The translations under genes and the position numbers were made by a program. Shown in pieces: positions 13,783 to 27,386 of a stretch of 64,000 nucleotides of DNA. The DNA is from Diadema antillarum (lineage: Eukaryota), in NCBI RefSeq assembly GCF_040938485.1, contig NW_027271004.1:868001-932000 (forward strand), written 5' to 3'. Below the pieces are notes generated by a model. It saw only the letters and a program-made list of their open reading frames with translations. It made no database searches and was not told the origin of the DNA. Each line of letters opens with the position of its first letter. The stretch's first letter is position 1.

Positions 13783-14533
13783 GGTAGTGGTGGTTCTTGT
13801 TGTTGTTGTTGTTGCATTTACTTGTAGTTTTTGTTGTAATTTTCTCTACAGAAATCAATCTCATTGGAATATCTAGAATGTCATTCCTGCGAGTAGACCT
13901 TGATGACCCAAATTAGCAATATGACCCTGTGTGATTATACATCTAGTCATAATTGGAGCGTAATAAAACAAAACATGGACTCGTGGAGAGTTCGCTGAAA
14001 GGCGTACGTGGATCTGTCGTCAAGTGGTCGTAAAATGGTTGTCGTCATGTTATTTTCTTTTTCCCAGGGACTAGAAAATGGAAAGATTCGTTGACTGAAA
14101 AAATAAGAAAATTCCATTAACCTATAATTGAGAGTCCTCAATGAAAAGGAGTGTTTGAGTTTCTGAGATAAGTTGACATTTCGTATAGTTATGATTTATA
14201 TGTCATTCGCAAGTGTTATAATTATACATTATTACTAAGTGAAGTCATTAACTGTTCTCTCCCTCAAAAAAAGGAGGAAAAATAGGAAAAGGGTATGCCA
14301 TATTATTCAAGGAGTCTGGTGTGCATTTCCCAATTTAACTGAAATAATGACTGACTGTTATCCACGGACAGAGATGCGTAATCATGCTGTTTATGTTATT
14401 AATTGTTTAATGTTTTTAGGATGCTTACATTGTCAGGAGAACGAACCTGCATCAACTTAATAATCTTCTTCTTACATCAGTGACTGAAAATAAGTGTACG
14501 GGGAAATTCCAGCAACCAAATTATATCACATTT

Positions 14534-14534
14534 C

Positions 14535-14593
<59 letters not shown>

Positions 14594-14602
14594 AAACAAC
14601 AA
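14534..14602. repeat. (CAA)n microsatellite
   Basis: Directly visible. Confidence 0.95.
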
Positions 14603-17600
14603 CAGAACAAACAACTTCTGATTTTTCGAGATGCTATTCTTATGTCTTGCATAATTAGTTAAAAAAAACATGACGACAACCATTATAGCCGATAATATTG
14701 TCGACAGACTATATTAAAAGGCATTGAAAGATGGGATATAATGCATGGTTTTCTGTTACTAAGTTTGATATGTTTTGACTTGATTATACGAACGCAGAAT
14801 AGTATTGTATATATTGAAATTAATTCTGGATACAGATGATATTCTGCAACCCACATCATGCAACTCTACTTTGATTTTGAGTTATAAACGCGAATATGAT
14901 GTAAAGTGAATGTGCGCACAATACACGAGAAGGAAGCACCAATACAAGGTTTTTGGAAGAGACTTTGCATGATGCACACAGCAACGGGGGCTTAATTGAT
15001 GACTAATGGTTTAGGTATTACTAGTAGTGTAGTGATTATTGTCCCTGCATCGTGCAGTGGAAGTTGCGGATGGCTCTCCACAAAAAAATAATAATAATAA
15101 TAATGATAATAAAAATGATAACAAAAATATGTATACATACTGTATATATTTACATGATAATCGAATCTAGATTGGACTCTTCGGTACAGGTGTAACAAAT
15201 TGCTTGGCCAAAGTGGTGATATTTGCAACATTCATGATGTTGACAGTGTGGATTGATTTGTTCAAATTCTTTCTCTCATTACTGTCATTCTCCTTCTCTT
15301 TCTCCTCCTCATCCTCCTCTCTCTTCCCTCTTTCTACATTTTTATCTTTTTATGTACATCCATCTCTGCCCTTTCAAAATTTGAATGACCTCAAGTATAA
15401 AAATGAGGATGCAAGTTCACCATTAGAATATCGAACAACTGGAGAATTTGTCATTTTGAATACATTGGAAGAAGAAAGTGAAAACGAAGGCAATGGTATT
15501 GTGTGTGTCTGTTGTCTGTCTGTTTGTGTGTTAGATCGATTTGCAATGGATGTCGTTTAATGATACATAATAAAAGTGACTATATAACTTTACGTTTTCA
15601 TCAATACGCAACTTATAGTAGGCTAGATACTGCATGATTATTACCATACTTGAAAACAAGTGTAAATATTTTATTTAGTTATGTATATAGTTCATCGCGG
15701 TGAAAAAACTATTACATGTATTATCGAATAGACAAGATATTTGCATGGTTGCATGAATCGCACCTTTCTGCTTGTGGAGTTTATCTTGAAAATAAGGTCA
15801 TCTCAAACAGCTTGAGAAATATTTCCTTGTCTCGTAAGCATGTCGTTCACAACGGAAAAGGAGATGCCTTTTAATGCCAGGTATCCCAAATAGAAATTTG
15901 ATTTTAGCACTAAGAGAGATGGGGGGGGGGGGGGGTAACACTGGTGTTGGATCATGACTGTGAACCCAGTATATGTTACTGTCTAGTTTACGTATCAAAA
16001 TGCATATTTCTAACTATAAACACAACTAAAACGTCTTTCATCTTCCTACGCATCTTTTTTATGCATCTTTTTTTTTTCTTGCTAAAAATGTAATCAAAGT
16101 TTTAGCTGGAATTTCATGTTATGCTACCACGACGTCATTACGTCCGAAAACAAGGTGGACGAAAGAGAGCTACGAGTATTCACTGTGCGCGAAGGGCAAC
16201 ACGATTCTCAACGCACTATTTTCACTCCATTATAAGAGGAGGGATTCAGTCTGTTGTTTAATTTGTGTTATTTTGGGGTTAAGATATTCTCCATATGAAT
16301 TTTGTATANNNNNNNNNNNNNNNNNNNNNNNNNNNNNNNNNNNNNNNNNNNNNNNNNNNNNNNNNNNNNNNNNNNNNNNNNNNNNNNNNNNNNNNNNNNN
16401 NNNNNNNNNNNNNNNNNNNNNNNNNNNNNNNNNNNNNNNNNNNNNNNNNNNNNNNNNAGAGATGGCAATATCTCCCCCCGGATGGATATATCAACGAGGG
16501 TGACGCGAAATACTCCCAAATCCTCTCGAATTCTCGGTTCTTTGCATGAGTATGTCGACGAGGCCCTGTAATCCTTGGAATAAAAGTCTGAGGTAATGTC
16601 AATTTACACAAAATCTTCTGACTATACTAGACCTATATACTTGGTAACGATATCACAGGGTTGCATCTGTTCGCCAAATGTCTTTCGTGTAAGTGTCCAA
16701 GGAAAAAAAGAAACAGAAAAAAAATATCATATAAAAGCGCATAATGATATTCGAGTCCATTCATATCAATTAAGTTGGAATGTGAACAGCGGGAATAAAT
16801 ATATCGAACTGACGACCCTTAATGACCTCCTGGACATCTATGTCTTTATAAAGTAATCGGACATGGAAAACTTGTGTTCTTAAAAGACGTATAGCGATCG
16901 TTCTGCCGCCACTACTGGATTGAACAGGTGCCATAATCAAATAAAAAATAGCGTTATTTGTATATGAACATTGCCATTTACTCACGTAAACATGTTCGAC
17001 TTGTTAAGATGAAAATGACACGAATCGTTTTTGTATATAGAAAGCCATATTGCGTTATTTATTTGTAGTCGAATGTAGTGCATTTAGTACAATATACATT
17101 GGAATGTACTAGTAACGCTGCCATTTGTTGTCGATTTTGGCTCTTCGGGGGCGATTTCTGAGATGGTAGCCTTCTTTGGCATTGACGTGACCTGACCTCC
17201 CGTGAATTGATAATGAATGTTTTTAAACTTTACCATCGGATGTATAGTCTAGTGGGATTTCTGAAAAAGGGCTCTCTAAAATGGTGTTAGAGGCATTTTT
17301 TAGTAAAAGTTGGGAACCGGTCTCTTTTACCTAATTTGAGTATGCTGAATCCGAAAAATCCGGTTCCCAAGCGAAATTCGCCGATCTTGACCATCTAATT
17401 TGCATAAACAAAATGGCTGCCAAGCCACAGAAATTATCATTTTCAGATACGCATTTTCTAGAAATTCTTTGCAAACGAGCTGGAAAAAAGTGATTTGAAA
17501 TGTTTGTATAGAGAATAGAATTACAAATTTAAGGGATAAACGTTTCTCAGGTGGTAAATAGTATATTTTATTCATAATTATGCAAATTAGGACTGAAATA

Positions 17601-18837
17601 TGCAGATGAATATATTTATATAATCAAATACATTAACACTGGTAGAGTAATTTTGACATTTTTTTTTTCTTGAGAGGCAAATTAAATACTAAATATGAAG
17701 ACTTTAAGGTTTTGAGGGTTAGGAAAACTTCGGTTCCCAAGCGAAATTCACCGATCTTGACGATCTAATTTGCATAAACAAAATGGCTGCCCAGCCACAG
17801 AAATTGTGAGTAACAGACACGCATTTTCTAGATTTTTGTTTTGTTTTGTGAACGACCTGGAAAAAAGTGATTTGAAATCTATGCACATTGAATGGACTTA
17901 GCAACTTGAGGGATAAACGTTTCTTAGGTGGTAAATAGTATATTTCTTTCATAATTATGCAAATTCGTACTGAAATATGCAGATAAATATATATTAACAC
18001 TGGAAGGTTTTTTATGTTTTTTTTTTCTTGAGAGGGAAGGTAAAAACACTAGACATATAGACTTAAAGGTTTTGAGGGTTAGATAAAAACCAGAATCCCT
18101 TTTCAGTGGTATCAAAATAAATGCAAATATTGTAATTGGTATCCAAATTATATGTAGGCTTCATGAGTTTTATGTGCATGCAGTTCATTCAATAGCCTAT
18201 ATACCCTGGTAAAATTTTATTTGTTCAAATCCTCTAAAGAGGTCCTTTGGGATTTTTTTTTAAGAATTCAAGTTAGGATCTCCAAGATCTCAAAAGGCGC
18301 AGCCAAATTGGCAAATTATCGAAAAGTTTAAGTATTTCAAGTGCGTTTGACTGCAAACTTTCTGCGAAACTTCCCACTACAGCTAGGGATATTTCATTTT
18401 GGCTGTCCTCGCCAAACTTCTCGATCTCTTGCCAGTGTGACCGGACAACAAAAGATCGTGAAGACTTCGCGATCTTAAACTTTGCGATCTTTTGCCACTT
18501 TTGCCTTATCATGATAAACTTAGATAAGGATGTTAGAATAGCAGTGAGGGAGAATAAATGGGAAAAAGAAAAGACGTGTGGCACACACCTACCTATATTT
18601 GATCCTTGTACATCTGTTATAAGAATGTAACTTACTCAACTTCCAAGACAGTTCGAACTCTGAAATTGCCTCGGCCAGTGCAATCTGCGAAATAAGGGGT
18701 TTACACCTTCCTGTTCCTTTTTGTTTTAGTTTTAAATTTACGTGGATAACATGCCGCCAGTGATAACCACCAAGTATGATGCATTTCAACTTATTCTTAA
18801 CTGGACGACGCCACGCTCCTTGTCTGTCTGACTTATG

Positions 18838-19735
18838 ATATATCTCACCAGGTGTGATTCAGATCATAGAAATGACATTCTTAGCAAACAGACCTCTAGC
18901 TTTAAGGGCCAATGGGTTGTAAGAACTAAGGAATAATGAATATTCATTAGAAACCATGTTACATACAGAAGATTCCACTTCGTATCAGACGTAAAGAGTT
19001 GCCATTTTGCCTCTCTTAATATGCTTTATCAAGTATAGTTTTTGAATATCCACGTTGTCACTTGAATTTCTGCCCAAGAATTAGGATATGGATCTTTTCA
19101 TGGAGGACCTGGGTTTTCCACCACCTTGCTAACATGAAGTTACTTTTGTTCTCTTGAGACTAACATCGATCCGATAGCTACCTTAAAGAAGCCTTCTTCC
19201 GTAGATACAGGAGTTGTTTTTTTTTTCTGCCAGACTGATATTGACAGTAGCACTCTTATTAAAGCAAGTGATCAATGGCTCACAATCATCAAGGATGCTG
19301 CTTGTACGAGAAGAAAACTAAAGCGTTCCAAGAATATGGTTGTTATCAGTCGTCTTTATAAGAATAAACTTATATTCGATTCAAAGATGTATCACACAAG
19401 CTCGTTTGGCACAAAATATGTTCCGCCATTTTACCGACAAAAGTATCCTGAACGCTCGCGGAAGCAGTTCAACGACTATACTCCTGTCTTTAAAAAAAAA
19501 CGATAAAAAAGAAGAAAATCCTGCTCACTGTGGCAGACCTGATCTTTCTTCACCAGTAGACAATGGATGGGAACGTTTTGATGTGGTCTACAGCCTGTAC
19601 AGCTGATATATCTAGCTCCAATCCTGCAAAGTTGCCTTGAGATGATTTCATCTGCATGCGAAAGCAATGCAGAACATTTCGATGCAAATATCACAAATCA
19701 GGCCTACGATGTACAGCAGTGTGTGCATGTAAAGC
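18838..19735 (+). pseudogene. Academ transposase remnant (XPG-like and Cys-rich C-terminal part)
   Basis: Fragments in shifting frames: LTRCDS (cf. LTGCDS), VFIRINLY..CITQARL, PDLSSPVDNGWERF, LAPILQSCLEMIS, then RKQCRTFRCKYHKSGLRCTAVCAC. These match the P..P...GW / LE.I.C.C...C...RC.C.K.GL.CT..C.C tail of Academ-like transposases. Confidence 0.75.
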
Positions 19736-19737
19736 TA

Positions 19738-20317
19738 GTATCTCACCAACAGAGACATCTCCGCGACGTCTCCAGCCTATTGTCGCAGCAGTCGCGGAGA
19801 CGTCTCCAACACAAAATGTCTTGCGGTCTCACCAAGGAGACGTCTCTGAGACGAGTTATGGCAGGTGTCAAAATTTTTCAAATATGAGGGAGCCGTTGCA
19901 GGATCACCTGACTTGATCTAGGCAGGATGTCAGTACGCAGATGGGTCACGTGGTTTCTAAAGTAGGTCAAACAGCGTCAAATAGAGTCGCGGAGACGTCT
20001 CCGCGACCTCTCACCAGTTTTTCTGGTCTCCAGCAGGTCCCGGCGACGTCTCTGAGACGTCTCGGAGACATCGCGGAGACGTCTCAGCAGTCGCGGATAT
20101 GATTAGTATCCGCGACGTCTCCGCAACTGATGGAGACGTCTCGGAGACGTCGCGAAGACTTCACGAAAAATCGAACATGTTTAAATTTCTTGCGACTGAT
20201 CGCAGACTCTGTAATTTTCAGGAGAGGTCTCGGAGACGTCGCGGAGACGTCTCTGCAACTAGTATAATCTGGAGTCGCGAACTAGTCGCAAACTAGTTTC
20301 AAGCCCGGTGAGATACC
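19738..20317. mobile_element. MITE with many GAGACGTCTC / CGCGGAGACG palindromic motifs, nested in the Academ element
   Basis: GTATCTCACC...GGTGAGATAC inverted ends; inserted immediately after the Cys-rich coding remnant. Confidence 0.7.
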
Positions 20318-20859
20318 CCTTTAGCAATAATGTGATGATGCAAACCTTGTATGAATGTAGATCAATTTAGCTCGATTGTGAAATAGACTTTTCGACTCAG
20401 ATTATGTTTCTTTTCAGCCAAAATAAGGTGTTGATGACTAGAATTACAAAGTTCATCCTTCGTTTCTGTTTCCGACACTGTCCGAGATAACAGGATTTTT
20501 CTTACATTTTTTTTTTTTTGCTTGAGCCTGGAGAGTGGATGAAGAGATAGATAAAAAAAAAATAAGTTATGACGAAATTTATGAAAGCTGCCACTTGATT
20601 TTAAATCAAACAGATTGAAAATAACTATAAACCAATTTATCCATTAATGAAAACGCCAAAGTACAGGGAAGGATTAAGTGACCTTGCACTAATCCGAAGA
20701 GTAATGTATAGTGTTGTGATTGCCCGGCTGGCGATAACTTTGATGGCAAGACCTTGTTTTTGGTGGTAAATATGCATAGAAAATGGATGAATATTTGCAT
20801 ATACTATTATGCAAATGAGATAATAGATGTGTGTTGTTTAGTAGTTGCAGTCAATTTTT

Positions 20860-21960
20860 GCATCTCTTATTCACACCAGGAATCATTAACAGGTCTTGAT
20901 GTTATAACTGTTATGAAACATATTCATATATTGCGGTAGTGCGTTGTATAATCTCGAAACTTCCCTGGTCTACGGCCTCTTGAATATCAATTTACAAGCA
21001 TATTTCCTTTTAGTGTCATTCAGTTCTCCTTTATTGATTGATTCCAGTACCTGGTTCACTTTGGACTCTGACGACATCATAATATGCAACTTGTTTGCTT
21101 GATAACTTAGCTGTATTTTAGTAAGCCAAGGTACATTTTGATAGCAAGACTTTGTTTTAGGGAATATATCCATACAAATGGCCAACTATTTGTATAATTC
21201 ATTATGCAAATTAGATTATTAGGGTATTTCTAATAGCGGGTTTTTTTTTTGCATCTCTTTATCACAAGAGAATCATCAACTTATGTCTTGATATTATAAC
21301 TATAATGATTCAGATTCATATATCGCGGCAATGTGTTGTAGAATCTCGAAGCCTGTTGTAGTATAGCCTCTTGCATACCAATTTCATACGTCATTGCAAA
21401 TATTGTTATTCTTTTTTTTTTATTCTGAATTGGTTGATTCCAGTACTCGATTTTCCTCAGACTCAGATGACACCATGTACAGTTTGCTTGACCGATTGCA
21501 TATCTATTTTTCACTACGCCAAGGTACATTTTACTAGCAAAACTTTGTTTTAGGGGAAAATATCTTAAAAAAGGAAAAAGTTTGCTTAATTTATTATGCA
21601 AATGAGATGCATGTTTTATTTTAATACTTAAAGTTGGTTCTTGTATCTTTTTATCACACTAGGAATCGTGAACCGGTCTTGATACAATGAACTATCATCA
21701 GAATTATGATTCAGATCCATATATTGCGGCAATGCGTTTTTTTTTTTTTTTTTTGATTTTCGATTTTCGATGATTTTTTTTTGATTTTTGAGTTTCGATG
21801 ATTGGAAATAAACTATGATTGAATTGAATTGAATTCAATTGAATTGAATTCAATTGAATTGAATTCAATTGAATTGAATGCGTTGTAGAATCTAGAATCC
21901 TGCCAGTTATGTATCCTCTTGTATACCAATTTGCATAGATAATTGCTTAAGTGTAATTCA
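20860..21960. repeat. Three degenerate tandem copies of a ~390-bp unit inside the Academ element
   Basis: GAATC..AAC.GGTCTTGAT..TATAACT...CATATATTGCGG...TTGTAGAATCT recurs at about 20881, 21271 and 21663. Confidence 0.75.
21739..21876 (+). mobile_element. Short retro-insertion (LINE/SINE-like 3' end: AATAAA + (GAATT)n tail) with 8-bp TSD
   Basis: AATGCGTT at 21731-21738 and 21877-21884; AATAAA at 21807; the sister repeat copies show the empty site. Confidence 0.65.
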
Positions 21961-24783
21961 ATTCTTTTGAATTGATTAATTTTGATTCGACTCTGGCGAC
22001 ACCAAGTCCTTTTTGTTTGCCCGATAACTTTTTAAAATGATTAAAAACAGAAGTGAACACGTATTAGGTACTATACATGTGCATATATATGCGGTAATGC
22101 ATTGCTGTGTCAGCGGCAACTCCTATTTGCATATTTCACTTCTTAATTTGCATATATAAGTGAAAGTTATGAAAAATTGATGACCTAGCTATTGTCTTTG
22201 CACCTTAATTACTGAAATCATTACTATTTCCGCATGTCTAGGACCATTTTAGGAAAATTAGATCATCGAAACACCATAGAAAGCAATAAATTGGCGGCCA
22301 TTTTGTTTATGCAAATCAGATGCTCTTAGACTCGAAATTCCTCTTTGGAACAAGAATTTTTGAATTCAGTGTACTTGATTTATACGAAATAGCCCGGTTC
22401 CCGACATGTAGGTACAAACACATAGATACACGGATAGATGAACACGTAGGTACTATACATGTGCATAATATATGCGGTAATGCATTGCTGTATCAGCGGC
22501 AACTCCTAATTTGCATATTTCACTTCTTAATTTGCATATGTAAGTGAAAGTTATGAACAATTGATGACCTAGCTATTGTCTTTTCACTTTAATTTCTGAA
22601 ATTATTACTATTTCTGCATGTCTAGGAACATTTTATGAAAATTAGATCATCGAAACACCTTAAAAAGCAATGAATTGGCGGCCATTTTGTTTATGCAAAT
22701 TAGATGCTCTTAGACTCAAAATTCTGCTTGGGAACCGGAATTTTTGGATTCAGCGTACTTGAATTATACAAAATAGACCGGTTCCCAACTTTTACTAAAA
22801 AATGCCTCTAACAGTCATATTTTCCCCAAATCCCACTAGACTAGTAGGGTTTGCATGACATCTTACAGAGTGCATTGTGGCTGGATTGGGCCGGGTCGGG
22901 TGGTGGGATGATCTACATCTATATTTATATGTACAGGGTATGTGTGTTGTGAGTGTGTATGTGTTGGGATGAGGATGTGTGGGGTGTGTGTGTGGAGGGA
23001 GGGGGGGGGGGGGAGGGAGGTGTAGTCTGTGTGGAAGTTCAAGTTATGTTTGGGTAAGGTGGATCTTCTCGCCCCCTGATTTGGCTTGTTCCAGTCTCTG
23101 CAATGCACACATTTTTTTCAGTTGGAAGGGAGGATGAAACTGTTAATTGATCACTCATTATAGTTTGTTTACTTGTTTGTTTGTTATATTCTCCTTCCCC
23201 ATCTAGGAATATCGCTCTTGAACAAGATCTGATTTGTATATGGTAACTTAATGTTCTGCCTTTTTTTTTTGTTCTTTTTTACAATTCCTCTACGTTGTTC
23301 AGTGATTGCGTTATATTAATCAAGTTGATTGTTGTAAATAGTGTGATTCTGTATAATTTTTCAATAAAACATAAATAAAAAAATGACACGAATCGTGAAT
23401 AAAGTGATTAATTTCGAACAAAGAGATGCTTCTATATGTGGCTGTGTGACTAAAATCAAAATCGATCCCTCAAGATTCGAAAATCATTTTTTTAATCGAC
23501 GTCTTCCTGTGAGATCGAATATTTCAACTTGCAGAGCAGATCAATCTTGAAGCATAACAATTATAGTGTCACTTTTTGACAGCTGTTTAGGTTAAATTGG
23601 CACACAGACCCCCCCCCCCTCCAGAAAAGCAACAACATAACGAACAGATCTGTTTTCTTATTTTGCCTCTAAGCTATTGACAGGAATTCCATCCATCTCA
23701 AGTTCATGCACGACTATTTCACCGATAAATATTTTCCCTGTGTACGTTACATCTAAAATGCTTTTTGGGGGCTATTCCTGAATATCGCCTTTCCTAGGAA
23801 TTGTCATACTGTGAATATACTTCAATGTACCAAAATTTTCCTGATCATCAACAGACGGCAATACTTACACCCTGATATGACGGTAGTAACTATACTTATA
23901 TAGGTAAAATCACCTCCCCACGCTTGGAGTTTTACAGAAGGCTTACATTATTTTCAATGCTCGCTGAATGTGATATTGTAACATTTCTTACTTTCTCGTT
24001 GGTTTCTTCCAATAGTTTTTAATGAAAATTCAAATATTAACNNNNNNNNNNNNNNNNNNNNNNNNNNNNNNNNNNNNNNNNNNNNNNNNNNNNNNNNNNN
24101 NNNNNNNNNNNNNNNNNNNNNNNNNNNNNNNNNNNNNNNNNNNNNNNNNNNNNNNNNNNNNNNNNNNNNNNNNNNNNCCATACAGGTACACTTCCCAAAG
24201 CCTAAAACAAGCCCTGAACAAGACGTGTAAGAAGACATGTAAAGGGTCAAAAGCTTAGCAGCAATAAAAGGCAGCAAGTGAACGACTAAAGAAGATCTAT
24301 TTCATTTTTATTTTATATTCACTCAACCTGACATACACAGGCACACACACACACAAACAACTTGACGTATGCATGTGACACCACACATTTTCAAGTAATA
24401 CATTCAATAACCATTAAGCATTCTTTTCTTTAGTATTTTATTTCAAAATAAAAAAACAATCGGCATGAGTAAGAATGTGGCACGAGCAGTACACGAGACA
24501 CTATCAATTTTCACAAGTTCGAATCATTTGCAATGAATCATACTTCTTTTGCAATACTGACAACCAATTAAAAAACAACAATCTCAGATAAGCAGGGATG
24601 AAATGAAGAGAATGAATTAGGAAAAGATCCCGCACACACAAAGTCATGGAAGAATCAGTCATGCTAGAAAATATCATGGACCACTTGATACATCTAAATT
24701 TATCCAGTCAGGGTATTGCTGGTACTTTGTGTTCAAAACATAATAATATGTCGATGCAGTGAACCACAAAACAGTACATACTG

Positions 24784-24870
24784 TATATCGTCGGCCTCAT
24801 GCCAAAAGGGCCCTAACAGTGTACAAAGTCTATGGTGTTAAGGCCCTTTTGGCATGAGGCCGACGATATA
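24784..24870. mobile_element. ~85-bp palindromic MITE (copy 2, inverted relative to copy 1)
   Basis: TATATCGTCGGCCTCATGCCAAAAGGGCC...GGCCCTTTTGGCATGAGGCCGACGATATA. Confidence 0.85.
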
Positions 24871-27386
24871 GTAAGACCTGGCTGTCTTGCAAATCAAATC
24901 ACACAAACAGAAGCCCAAGAGACAGATTTCCAGCAAAGCTTTGAAATTTGTTCAGATGCTGTCAATTTCTTTGATGGTAAGCAGCATACATTATTAAAAC
25001 ACCTGCTAATCTATGCGATGTTTATTTTGACAACTCGCAGTATTCACTGTTGCACAACACTTCATGAATCCATAACCAGCACCAACACTGCATGAAGCTA
25101 GTGTGACAAAAATGACTGTGCACAAACATCTTCACAACTTCAATAACTACATACCCTCTTGTAGCTGGAATTCATTTCATACATAGAGTGAAACCTCATT
25201 GGAAAGCATTACACCTCAACATATTGCACATAAACGTGGCAGGCACAATATAAAAGAATTCAACAAGATAATACTGGAACTACACAGCACCCAACTGAGC
25301 CTTTGTGGGGCTATCTGAAAAACAGAATGACCATGAACACTATCAAAGTCCCTCTCATGTATTTTTACTGACATTATGGAATAAGAGACTGAAAGATAAG
25401 GTTGGCTTGCATCATTTTGACACAGATTATATAATATTTTTCAATGAATTTGTGGCCTTACATATTGATCATTTTATTACAATCAGGGAGGGCACCTCTC
25501 TTTTACAATAGATCATCCTTCACTATTTTATCCGTATAAAGTGTGAAATTTAGAGGACAAGGGGTAAAGTATAAGATATGAGATGTAATAAAACACATGT
25601 GTACACATATAACAGACACATGTTCTAGCAATCATGTAAAAATTAAAAAAAAAATGAGCATATAAAAACGTTTATTATCTACATACATGTACCAAATGAT
25701 AACATAATTGTATATAGTTTTCACACAGTCACAAAGAGCCCATCACCAGTAACAAAAAAAAGGTTCATACGAAAAAAAGACATTTCCCACACCAAAAAAA
25801 AAAAAAAAAATAGTAATAAACATATTAATACAAAATAACAATGAGAACAATAAAGCTCACTGTTCCTAAGTATAGTGTATAGATAATAAAATTCTTGCAG
25901 GTAAAACAAACAAAAAAAGTAACAGGGTGTTACAATCTACTTACTAGCCTACTGGAATGATATGATAAAAAATTGAATACTGAGAAGTGAACTTTTGTTA
26001 TTTCAACCTGACATATGCTAATACTTGATGAAGTTTGCTGAAATTTTGTTCAGAAGTACTCACACAGAATATCATTCCCATGAAAGCATAATGCCTTGCA
26101 CCTTAGTAAGCACATACATCTGGATGTGTATTTTATATAATAACATAACTTCTGTACATTAGGTGTTTAAAAAAGATCCAAAGCCTCTCAGTGCACCGAA
26201 ACCAAATACTGCAAATGTGAAAGATCAGGTGGTAAAAAAGAAACCTGTCATAGATAATGCCAATGATACAAACCTAATAAATAAGATTAATGGTTATTAC
26301 ACTTGCCCATTTACTGTAACAGTAAAGCAATCATGTTAAAAAGCACTGTTTACATTTATTATTCATTTTCAGAAGCAATTGTGGACAACAACTCTTCATC
26401 AAATAAGGTTTTACCTACAATAATTTTGGCTGACATTTGGACCTCTGAAATGGTAATGATGGCTAACAGGCAGTTCACTTGCATATAAATTATGGTGACT
26501 GCTAATTTGTAGGCCTACAGCTTGCTGATATCATCAAGAAGGATGTATTATGCAGCTTGGGTAATAGTGGCTTGATTATAAAGTAATGGCAAACATTTCA
26601 GATTTCAATGGACATTCATACTGAGCTTGTATCTGTAAACTGCAGATAAATACTGAATTTTGATGTTTATTCTGGCACTCTTTTTACTGCATACTAAATG
26701 GGATGAAAACATAAGCATTTGCTTTGCATATTGATAAAAAGTGTCAAAATTCAAAATGTGCACTCACTGCATTGTTCACAACCAAAGTATGTGAGGCACC
26801 ACATGTCTTTTACAGCTCAAATTCCTTTTTCCCGTAAAGCTTCAATTACCTTACTTTTTGGTTGATCTTCATTTTGCCTTACGAAGGAATCCCATGTCAT
26901 ATTACTAGCTGGCTTCTAAAGATGTGTGTCAGTCACAGCTAATTTCTAAGAAAATATTTTTTGAGTAAAAGCACAAAGTGAAAGCTTTAATTGTTTCAGT
27001 ATTTTATCTGATGCAATCAAGAGCTATTATATGATCAAAACATGGTAACAATATTCAATCCTTTTATCCCACAATGGGTATGTTTGCTTATAGTCGACCC
27101 AAATTCAGCAGTTTAAGCAATGGTAAAATTGCAGGGTCACTTTTCTTTTTTAGTGAGAGGCTGGTTCATAACTGTATTATGTCTGAATTTATATCTAGAT
27201 TCAACATGAAACAGAGCAAGTAGAACTGGCATACATATTCCTTTATAAAAATGTATTGTTTGTAGTGGTAGTGTTGATATCTTCCACAAGTAGAAATAAA
27301 TATTGCTGTAGTAGTACAAGAAGAATCTCATCTATACCTTATCAGAGGGAATGGCTCTTCTTCTTCATTCTTTCCACTTCTGTTTC

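Larger units (their letters stand above)
17245..22843 (+). mobile_element. Decayed Academ-type DNA transposon (5.6 kb)
   Basis: Termini TAGTCTAGTGGGATT / AATCCCACTAGACTA, ~170-bp imperfect TIRs, identical 3-bp flanks GTA on both sides. Internal frameshifted transposase C-terminus (see next feature). Confidence 0.85.

Noticed and set aside
13458-13817. 119-aa polyQ/polyP ORF
   Set aside because: The N-terminus comes from trinucleotide microsatellites; the rest has no recognisable similarity or splice support.
16110-16250. CpG patch with GACGTCA and a TATA-like TTATAAG
   Set aside because: No associated gene or exon could be identified, it lies next to a gap, and short motifs arise by chance.
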